This document shows positions 8,852 to 16,903 of a stretch of 64,000 nucleotides of DNA, piece by piece; the first letter of the stretch is position 1, and each line of letters begins with the position of its first letter. The notes below the pieces were generated by a model that was not told the origin of the DNA, ran no database searches, and saw only the letters and a list, made by a program, of their open reading frames with translations. The stretch lies in the sequence record DRR723986_10959, one strand, 5' to 3'. Both the position numbers and the translations under genes were made by a program.

Positions 8852-9829
8852 ATGAGTGAAGTTACTACCGAACTAAGTGCGCAAAAAGTCGCAATTGAAC
8901 ATTTTTTAGAAACCAAGGCCTTGGAGAGCTTTCCTTCTAACCTATTTGATGCCGTACATCATATAATGACTCTAGACGGCAAAAGACTACGACCTATGAT
9001 GACATTGATGTCAGCGAAAGGTTTTGGTGTAAGTGAAGAAAAAGCAATGTCTGCCGCTATTTCAATAGAGGTCTTTCACAATTTTACTTTAGTTCATGAC
9101 GACATCATGGATAAAGCGAAATTGAGAAGAGGAAAAATCACAGTTCATGAAAAATTTGGTGTTGACAAAGCCATAGTTACCGGTGACGCCATGTTGCCAC
9201 ACGCTGTAAGCTTATTGATTCAAGATCATCCGGATAAAGCGGGCGATTTATTGAATTGTTTCAACAAGATGGCAAAAGAGGTAATGGAAGGCCAACAATA
9301 CGATATGGAGTTCGAAGACCGTACTGATGTTGCTGTTCAGGAATACATGAACATGATTAAACTAAAAACTTCGGTCTTATTTGGTACAGCATGTGAAATT
9401 GGAGCAATTTTAGGAGGAGCATCCAACGAAGATCGCGAAAAACTTTACGACTTTGGCTTATACGCTGGCCTGGCATTCCAAATAATGGATGACTATTTGG
9501 ATACATTTGGAGATGAAAACTTCGGTAAACGTATTGGCGGTGACATCTTGCTGAATAAAAAAACCTTCTTATTGGTAAATGCGCTTCAAACAGCTTCAAC
9601 AGAGCAAAAATCACGCATCTTCACATTATTTGAAGAGAAAGATGAGGAAAAGAAAATTGCTGCTTTTCAAGATCTATATCGAGAATTGAACATTCCTCAA
9701 ATTGCCCTGGATACAATGGAAGAACTTCATAAAAAATCTGTAAACGCAGTTATGTCTTCTTCTATTCCTTCTGAGGATAAAGAAAGAATCAATCAGTTGG
9801 GCGAAATTATGTTGAGACGTAAAAAGTAA
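8852..9829 (+). CDS. Short-chain trans-prenyl diphosphate synthase (FPP/GGPP)
   Basis: GKRLRP, first Asp-rich motif FTLVHDDIMD with Phe at -5, RRG, GQQYD, KTS, second motif FQIMDDYLD. Confidence 0.92.
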   Translation: MSEVTTELSAQKVAIEHFLETKALESFPSNLFDAVHHIMTLDGKRLRPMMTLMSAKGFGVSEEKAMSAAISIEVFHNFTLVHDDIMDKAKLRRGKITVHEKFGVDKAIVTGDAMLPHAVSLLIQDHPDKAGDLLNCFNKMAKEVMEGQQYDMEFEDRTDVAVQEYMNMIKLKTSVLFGTACEIGAILGGASNEDREKLYDFGLYAGLAFQIMDDYLDTFGDENFGKRIGGDILLNKKTFLLVNALQTASTEQKSRIFTLFEEKDEEKKIAAFQDLYRELNIPQIALDTMEELHKKSVNAVMSSSIPSEDKERINQLGEIMLRRKK

Positions 9830-9831
9830 AC

Positions 9832-12084
9832 ATGAATTTCGCAGAGAAGGATCAAGCATATTTCTGGAACTGCTGGAAGTTTACTTCTAACAACGGACAA
9901 CAGCGTTGGCATTTTGAGATTCCTTCGGAATTAAAAAACCACGTCAAATCACATGAAGACTGGAAAAAGCCTGAAGCTCAGAACTTTCTAGAGCATTTTG
10001 ATAAGGCATTTATATTTGATAAAAAGATTAACCCTAACTCAGCAGACAAGGTTTTTAGATTTATCAGAGCTCAACACAGACCAGTAAGCAACATAAAACC
10101 CATAGCTGAGACGGATGATTTAAAATCTCAAACTCGAACTACCCTACTAAACGGTTTTCGTTTTTACGAAACTCTTCAAGAACCAGACGGAAACTGGGCG
10201 GGAGACTACGGAGGGCCATTGTTTTTAATTCCAGGACTTGTAATCGCTTCCTACATCACGGAAACTCCTTTTGAGATACCCATGCAGGTGCTCATGAAAA
10301 GGAATTTGTGGAATCATCAGAATGAAGACGGCGGATGGGGATTGCACATTGAAGGGCACTCAACCATGTTTGGGACGGTTATGCAATATGTTACCCTTAG
10401 AATTTTAGGAGAAAGTCTTGAAAATCCTGACATGCAAAGGGCACAACAATGGATAATTGATCACGGTGGTGCAATCAAGATTCCACAATGGGGTAAATTC
10501 TATTTGTCAGTATTGAACGTTTATGAATGGGAAGGAAATGATGCTTTGCTGCCTGAAATGTGGAAGTTCCCGAGATGGGTTCCTTTTCATCCTGGAAAAT
10601 ATTGGTGTCATAATCGAATGATATTTTTACCCATGTCCTATTGTTTTGGGAATAAAATCAAAGCGAAAGAAACTGATTTAATTAAAGATTTAAGAAAGGA
10701 ACTATACAATACTGATTACAAAACCATTAACTGGAAGAAAGCAGGAAGAGAAGCATGCGAAATAGACATCTTTCATCCGGTTAATAAATGGTATTACAGG
10801 TTAAGCTGGTTCACCAATACTTATGAGAAAATCTTTTCAAAAAGATGGCGAAAGAAAGCACTCAAATATGTAGCTGATTATATTGACCACGAGGACATTC
10901 ATACCCGCTATATCAATATTGGCCCTGTAAACCAGGCCATTAATTCTATTGCGGTGTGGCATCTTCACGGTAAGGAGTCAGAGCAATTTCAACAACATGT
11001 TTATCGTTGGCAAGATTATCTTTGGATAGCTGAAGACGGAGCGAAAATGGGAGGATATAACGGCTCACAGCTGTGGGACACTTCCTTTGCTGGCCAGGCA
11101 TTACTCGAAGCGGATATGGAATCCGATTTTCCAGAAATGGCTCAAAAAATTTATTCTTTCATTGAATTAACTCAAATTGATCGTGATCCAGTAGAGCACA
11201 AAAAGTATTGGAGAGATGTGACTAAAGGAACCTGGCCTTTTTCAACAATTGATCACGCTTGGGCCGTTACAGATTGCACCAGTGAAGGAATGAAGACCGC
11301 ACTACTCTACAATAACAAACCAAACATTCCAAAGATTAAAGAAGTTGACCTAGATCGACTTAAACCAGCAATTGACTGGCTACTTTTTATGCAGAATGAT
11401 GATGGTGGATGGGCTTCCTACGAGAGAAAAAGGGCACCACAGTGGATTGAAGTACTAAATCCTGCTATGTTATTTGAAAATATCATGGTCGAAGTAACCT
11501 ACACTGAATGCTCTTCAGCAACTATGCAAGGACTGAAGGAATTTAGCTTAAACCATGATTACCGAAAGGCCGATATAGAGAAAGCGCTGGAAAAAGGCAC
11601 CTCATTTATAAAAGGAAAACAAAGAGAAGACGGCTCTTGGTACGGCTGTTGGGGAGTTTGTTTCACCTACGGCATATGGTTCGGAATAGAAGGATTGCTG
11701 TGCGGTGGAATGCAAGGATTTGAAAATGGAGCAGCAGCCAAGGAAATTAGTGCTGCTTGTGATTTTTTATTGTCTAAACAAAACGAAGATGGTAGTTGGG
11801 GCGAATCATTCGAATCTTGTGTTCAGCATAAATACATTCAGCACGAAGATGGCCAAATCATCAACACAGCCTGGGCCTTACTAGGATTAATGAAGGCAAA
11901 GCACCCCAATAGGGCAGCAATTGAAAAAGGAATTCAATTCCTAATATCTAGACAAGAAGACAACGGAGATTTTCCACAGGAGGGCATTTCAGGCGTTTTT
12001 AACGGCAATTGTATGGAAACCTATACATCATACAGGAACGTGTTCCCTTTATGGGCGCTAGCCCGATATTATAAACACTATTAA
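9832..12084 (+). CDS. osc: 2,3-oxidosqualene cyclase (sterol-type)
   Basis: Catalytic DCTSE (11272-11286) rather than DxDD; DYGGPLF, WCHNR, GYNGSQLWDT; several QW repeats (QNEDGGWG, QREDGSWYG, QNEDGSWGE); GVFN...YTSYRNVFPLWAL. Confidence 0.96.
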   Translation: MNFAEKDQAYFWNCWKFTSNNGQQRWHFEIPSELKNHVKSHEDWKKPEAQNFLEHFDKAFIFDKKINPNSADKVFRFIRAQHRPVSNIKPIAETDDLKSQTRTTLLNGFRFYETLQEPDGNWAGDYGGPLFLIPGLVIASYITETPFEIPMQVLMKRNLWNHQNEDGGWGLHIEGHSTMFGTVMQYVTLRILGESLENPDMQRAQQWIIDHGGAIKIPQWGKFYLSVLNVYEWEGNDALLPEMWKFPRWVPFHPGKYWCHNRMIFLPMSYCFGNKIKAKETDLIKDLRKELYNTDYKTINWKKAGREACEIDIFHPVNKWYYRLSWFTNTYEKIFSKRWRKKALKYVADYIDHEDIHTRYINIGPVNQAINSIAVWHLHGKESEQFQQHVYRWQDYLWIAEDGAKMGGYNGSQLWDTSFAGQALLEADMESDFPEMAQKIYSFIELTQIDRDPVEHKKYWRDVTKGTWPFSTIDHAWAVTDCTSEGMKTALLYNNKPNIPKIKEVDLDRLKPAIDWLLFMQNDDGGWASYERKRAPQWIEVLNPAMLFENIMVEVTYTECSSATMQGLKEFSLNHDYRKADIEKALEKGTSFIKGKQREDGSWYGCWGVCFTYGIWFGIEGLLCGGMQGFENGAAAKEISAACDFLLSKQNEDGSWGESFESCVQHKYIQHEDGQIINTAWALLGLMKAKHPNRAAIEKGIQFLISRQEDNGDFPQEGISGVFNGNCMETYTSYRNVFPLWALARYYKHY

Positions 12085-12123
12085 TGTAATTTGATTATCA
12101 GCATTTGTTATCTTTAAGATGTA

Positions 12124-14175
12124 ATGCTGAAAAAACTACATCTCATTGGCTTAATTCTGAGCCTTTCTGTACTTTCATTTGCAAATGAAAAAAGTGATGC
12201 AATCAAGCTTGCAGAAAAAGGAAGAGACTCCATCAACAGCAATCCTGAAATCGCAAAAAAATACTTCGAGCAGGCCGCCATTTACTTTGATAACTCAGTT
12301 CCATCAAGGGATAAGATTAATTACCTAGAATGGCGAGCTCTTGCCTATTCTTCTACCGGAAATTGTGGAATAGCAAGCAATCACTTTGATGAAGCAATTA
12401 GCATTGCCGTTCAGCTTCATGATTACAAAAAAGCCATCAGCATCTATTCGGTAAAGGTTATCAGGTGCATATTAGATTTAGGAGGTGATTTGCAAGAATC
12501 GTTGCAAATTGCACTAAGAGTAAAAGAAAAAACAGCTAATAGTGAAGATGCTGAATTTAAATTTCTAGCAAACAGACTTTTAATCAACGTTTATTGGGAT
12601 CAGCCAGAATTTAGCGAAGAATTTGTGAATTTAGCAATTGAAAATCATGAACTCTCTCTAGAAACGGATAATAAAGAATTGCAAACCCAAGCCACATTCC
12701 ACCTAGCCTATGCGTACACTGAGGTGCAGAAATTTGACCTTGCAATTCTTAACTATCAAAATGTTATTAAATATCAACGTAGCTTAAATGATCATGCGGT
12801 TTCGGCTAGTTATAACAATCTAGGGTCCATATACGCTAGGATCAATGAATATGATAGTGCCCTGCACTACTTTAGCCTAGCTGAACATCACGCCGTATTA
12901 GAAAACCGGCCAGGTGGTGTTGCCGCCGCAAATCTATATAAAAGTGCGGTTTACAAAGATTTGAAGCAGTTCGAATCAACATTAGAAGCGTGTCAGAAAG
13001 CGCTAGAAATCTTTAGGGCAAACGGCATTCTAAGACGACAAGAATTATGCGCAACCTGTATTACCGAAGCTTATGAAGCCTTAGGTGATAAATCTCAAGC
13101 ATACGAAGCTTTTCGATTTGAACTTGAAATAAAAGATTCGTTAAAAAAATTATCGGGACAGGACGAAATGTTAATTGTTCAAAATCAATTCAAAGCGGAA
13201 TCAAAGGCCCTAAAAGACAGTTTAAATTATGTTTATCAAGATGAAATCAATCAAACGAAAATTGCTGAACAAAAAAACCGAACAATTTATTTAATTATTG
13301 GCTTGGTTTTATCTGTATTGTTTGGTGGTTTTATCCTCAACCGCTTCAGAATAACACGAAGACAAAAGGCCATTATTGAATTGCAAAAAGTGGAAGTTGC
13401 TAGACAGCACGCAGAATTGCAAGAAACCCATAAAGAAATAACAGACTCAATAACTTATGCGAAGAGAATTCAGAATGCCATTTTGCCTTCCCAAAAAATC
13501 ATAAACCAATTACTCCCAAATAGCTTTGTGCTGTACCTTCCGAAAGATGTTGTTGCAGGTGATTTCTATTGGATGAATCAAACACCTACAGGAATTTTGT
13601 TTGCTGCCGCAGACTGTACCGGACATGGTGTCCCTGGAGCAATGGTGTCAGTTGTTTGTAACAACGCGTTAAACAGATCTGTTCGAGAATTCGGACTGCA
13701 TGAACCCGCCAAAATCCTTGATAAAACTCGTGAAATAGTGGTAAATGAATTCCAGAAATCGGATAAAGATGTCAAAGATGGGATGGATATTGCACTCTGT
13801 CATCTATCAGGGAATTCCCTTCAATTTGCAGGAGCACATAACCCGCTTTGGATAATAAGATCTGGTGAAATCATTGAAATCAAAGCTGACAAACAACCTA
13901 TCGGCTCATTTGACAAAGCATCACCTTTTACTCCACATTCAATTAACTTAGAATCTGGAGACTTCGTTTATATTTTCTCTGATGGCTATGTCGATCAATT
14001 TGGCGGAGACAGAGGTAAAAAACTAAAGGCCAAGAATATGCGTACTATTTTTCAAAAGGCTGCTCAATTGGAGGTCGAAGAGCAATCACAGTTTCTAGAA
14101 ACTGAATTTTTAAAATGGAAAGCAGATTATGAACAAATAGATGATGTTTGCGTGATCGGAACCAAGATCCTTTAA
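12124..14175 (+). CDS. Membrane sensor with periplasmic TPR repeats and cytoplasmic SpoIIE/PP2C phosphatase domain
   Basis: Signal peptide, TPR-like SYNNLGSIY, one TM helix, then PKDVVAGDFY, ADCTGHGVPGA, DGMD, FSDGYVDQFGG, QIDDV. Confidence 0.88.
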   Translation: MLKKLHLIGLILSLSVLSFANEKSDAIKLAEKGRDSINSNPEIAKKYFEQAAIYFDNSVPSRDKINYLEWRALAYSSTGNCGIASNHFDEAISIAVQLHDYKKAISIYSVKVIRCILDLGGDLQESLQIALRVKEKTANSEDAEFKFLANRLLINVYWDQPEFSEEFVNLAIENHELSLETDNKELQTQATFHLAYAYTEVQKFDLAILNYQNVIKYQRSLNDHAVSASYNNLGSIYARINEYDSALHYFSLAEHHAVLENRPGGVAAANLYKSAVYKDLKQFESTLEACQKALEIFRANGILRRQELCATCITEAYEALGDKSQAYEAFRFELEIKDSLKKLSGQDEMLIVQNQFKAESKALKDSLNYVYQDEINQTKIAEQKNRTIYLIIGLVLSVLFGGFILNRFRITRRQKAIIELQKVEVARQHAELQETHKEITDSITYAKRIQNAILPSQKIINQLLPNSFVLYLPKDVVAGDFYWMNQTPTGILFAAADCTGHGVPGAMVSVVCNNALNRSVREFGLHEPAKILDKTREIVVNEFQKSDKDVKDGMDIALCHLSGNSLQFAGAHNPLWIIRSGEIIEIKADKQPIGSFDKASPFTPHSINLESGDFVYIFSDGYVDQFGGDRGKKLKAKNMRTIFQKAAQLEVEEQSQFLETEFLKWKADYEQIDDVCVIGTKIL

Positions 14176-14217
14176 CTTAATAATTCAAATCATTCCTAAT
14201 AAACGGTATCGATTTAA

Positions 14218-14225
14218 TATATTTG
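14218..14225 (+). promoter_or_regulatory. -7 promoter element
   Basis: TATATTTG (TAnnTTTG), about 20 bp before ATG 14247. Confidence 0.5.
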
Positions 14226-14246
14226 TGGGCCTTAAAATAGTTGATC

Positions 14247-16088
14247 ATGGTTCAAAATAAATTACGAGAATATCTTCAAAATGCCCTAGAAAATTTACCG
14301 AATGATTGGATTAGGCTAACTACTCACAGACTAGATATTTACAACGAAAGTTTAGCGAAAACTCAATTTTTAGAACAATTCGAAAAGTTGTTTTCTTCGA
14401 ATCAATACAGTCAAGATGACTTAGCAAAACTTCCAACTGCCTTTGATTACATTCGTTTAGGGCATCCCCTCTCTTGTTTATTAGAATGGACTATTGCAAA
14501 ATCAAATGATGTGCCTGCCGATAACATCATCAGTTTTACATCTTGCACTGCACCAATTTTGGCCGTGCTTAGAAAAAATGCTTTAAGCAATGTCAACACA
14601 CGTATTTGTTTTACGGATAACCTGCCAGAAGCATTTGATACTAACACAATAAGTGCTATTTACGAATACCAATTTGAGTTAGCTAAAATTCAAAACCTCG
14701 GTGACCTTCAAGAATTTAACGGGAGCACCATCTTTGTTAGTAACGCGCATGACATAGTAGAAATTGAAACAAACGATTTAGTAGATTTTCATATCAATAT
14801 CCTACCTGAATTAGGAAGTATCATTTCTGTAAACGGACAAAAAAATCAAACATATATTTCGGAAATTCAGCACGTTAGAAGAAGAGAAACAATAGCAATG
14901 ACTCCTGCTAACTGCCTTATAGCACTGAATAGAATTGTTGGAAATTCAGAGAATCAGTCTTCAGGTAATACCGAAATCAACCGTAAAAAGGTTGTGGACG
15001 CTATTAATGAAATATGCGGTACACACTCTAAAGCACTGGTTGCATCAAGCGGTTTGTCGATCCAATACGCCATTTTAATGGGACTTGTTGAACATGCCGT
15101 TCATAATCACCCTGGCAAGGCTATCAAAATTATTGTACCGCCAAATTGCTATGGCGGAACAAACGATCAAGCCAGAAGAGTTGCAGCATGTCTTGACAAT
15201 GTTGAAATTGTTGACTTTCCAGTAGATGCGGGCAATGATATGGTTCAAAGTATTGAATCAATTTTAACTCAAACAGCTCAAGATGATGCTGTACCATTTA
15301 TCATTGCCGAAATCCCTACCAATCCGAGAGTGGAGGTTCCTGACTTAACTAATTTGAGAGATGCTTTAAGTAAGCCGCGACAAAGCCCAAATGGAACAAC
15401 AGCCATTGATCCAGTATTTATTTTAGACCAAACATTTTGTCCAAATGTTCACTTTTTAGGTGATCAAGATATACTTTCAACGGTAAGAACCATCTCATTT
15501 GCAAGTGGCTCTAAATTCCCATCAGGCGGAAAATGTACAGCAGGTTACTGCGTAGCTAATTCAAAAGCCGAAAATTTGATGGTAAGCATTCAAAAACACC
15601 TCAAAGTGTGTGACAATGAAGCTACTGCATTACAACTCGAAATTCTTGCCGAACAGTTATCCTCAATGAACGAGAGAATTGCTAAAGCCTATGCCAATAC
15701 CCGAGAGTTTGTCTCTTTCATTGAACAAGAATTGCCTGAAGCCAAAATAAACTTTGTATCTGAAGAGTTAGCTGCCCAAGGCTTTACTCCTTCTGTATTC
15801 TCATTAGATCTTCCAACTAAAGGAAATACAGATGAAGAAAGAGAAAATTATAAACGCGCACTGAATCTTAAACTCATCAACATGATGATTTCTGAAATTC
15901 CGAATGAGAGCAAGTATTGCGTTAGTTACGGGCAATTAAAAGGTTGCTACTGGACAATTCCTGCAACCTCAACTCAAGGCACAACCAAAGAAGGCGATAA
16001 AGACTACATTGCAAGAGTAGCCTTATCTGCCAACATGGATTTGCAAAAGCATAAAGAGGTTTTCGCCAAATTTGTTGAGCAACTCTAA
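14247..16088 (+). CDS. Extended Cys/Met metabolism PLP-dependent enzyme (cystathionine gamma-synthase/beta-lyase family)
   Basis: DYIRLGHP, ASSGLS, CYGGT, EIPTNP, LDQTF, SGSKF (PLP Lys), VSYG; ATG 14247 preferred over TTG 14241. Confidence 0.8.
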   Translation: MVQNKLREYLQNALENLPNDWIRLTTHRLDIYNESLAKTQFLEQFEKLFSSNQYSQDDLAKLPTAFDYIRLGHPLSCLLEWTIAKSNDVPADNIISFTSCTAPILAVLRKNALSNVNTRICFTDNLPEAFDTNTISAIYEYQFELAKIQNLGDLQEFNGSTIFVSNAHDIVEIETNDLVDFHINILPELGSIISVNGQKNQTYISEIQHVRRRETIAMTPANCLIALNRIVGNSENQSSGNTEINRKKVVDAINEICGTHSKALVASSGLSIQYAILMGLVEHAVHNHPGKAIKIIVPPNCYGGTNDQARRVAACLDNVEIVDFPVDAGNDMVQSIESILTQTAQDDAVPFIIAEIPTNPRVEVPDLTNLRDALSKPRQSPNGTTAIDPVFILDQTFCPNVHFLGDQDILSTVRTISFASGSKFPSGGKCTAGYCVANSKAENLMVSIQKHLKVCDNEATALQLEILAEQLSSMNERIAKAYANTREFVSFIEQELPEAKINFVSEELAAQGFTPSVFSLDLPTKGNTDEERENYKRALNLKLINMMISEIPNESKYCVSYGQLKGCYWTIPATSTQGTTKEGDKDYIARVALSANMDLQKHKEVFAKFVEQL

Positions 16089-16090
16089 TT

Positions 16091-16897
16091 TTAAACTGCT
16101 CTTCGAGATTGAAAAGATGGCAAATAATTAGGGTCATCCATAGCACTATTAAATGTCTCAAAATATAAGGACTTTGTTCTTTCGAATGAATTAACGAAGT
16201 TCTTAGCGTCTTGCTTCCCTTCTAACCCGTAATATGGATAGTGATGCAAAAGTTGACCAAAAACTGCTTGACAATCTTCTTGATATGCCTGTGTATCGAG
16301 TATATGATAATGCCACATGGTATCGATAGCTTTATTCGGCACAATAGGCTCATTGGGATACTTCAGCTTAAGTTTTAAAAAACGCTTGTATTCTTTCGAT
16401 ATTTCTTCACATTGTATAGGCGTCCATCCTTCACCATCTTCAAGCCTTTGCAATTTCATGCAAATTTTAGACAAATCCATAGCTTGAATGGCCTCTTCCC
16501 CATCAAGTAAATTGACTTGATCAAAGTTATTTTGAATGGGCTGTACATATTGTTTTTCAGAATCTATCAATTTCAATAAGGCAAATGGAACCGCGAAGAA
16601 TGGCACTCGCCTCATTAAATCCAAAATTGAATCCCCATGAATCATCCAAGCCATAATGGTGAGTGCCGTCCAAAACATTGCCCACTTTAAAACTAATTTA
16701 GTGGGCTTAAATAAAATCAATAAACCGACTACAACGTCTACCGCGCCGATTAATTTTAGCAATTCAATGGCAGTTTGGTTGTCAATAGTGAATGAACTTA
16801 GCAAAGCAATAAACTTTGCTTTTGCTGATAAGGCTAGCAATCCGTGTCCAATGAAACAAATCCCAGCACCAAGTCTTAAAATAATTGAAGTACTCAT
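16091..16897 (-). CDS. Fusion of a DoxX-like membrane domain and a glycine-rich-domain-protein (GRDP)-like domain
   Basis: N-terminal hydrophobic helices (LRLGAGICFIGHG); C-terminal EYKRFL...P...IDTMWHYHILDT..Y..DC...FG..LHHYPY. Confidence 0.65.
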   Translation of the reverse strand: MSTSIILRLGAGICFIGHGLLALSAKAKFIALLSSFTIDNQTAIELLKLIGAVDVVVGLLILFKPTKLVLKWAMFWTALTIMAWMIHGDSILDLMRRVPFFAVPFALLKLIDSEKQYVQPIQNNFDQVNLLDGEEAIQAMDLSKICMKLQRLEDGEGWTPIQCEEISKEYKRFLKLKLKYPNEPIVPNKAIDTMWHYHILDTQAYQEDCQAVFGQLLHHYPYYGLEGKQDAKNFVNSFERTKSLYFETFNSAMDDPNYLPSFQSRRAV

Positions 16898-16903
16898 AAT
16901 GAC

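Noticed and set aside
9832-12084. Squalene-hopene cyclase (hopanoid) interpretation
   Set aside because: The catalytic motif is DCTSE rather than DxDD, and a squalene epoxidase is in the same operon.
1198-12084. Eukaryotic contamination or misassembly as the source of the sterol genes
   Set aside because: The genes are intronless, overlap or abut clearly bacterial genes, and show similar AT-rich composition by eye. Read-level confirmation was not possible.
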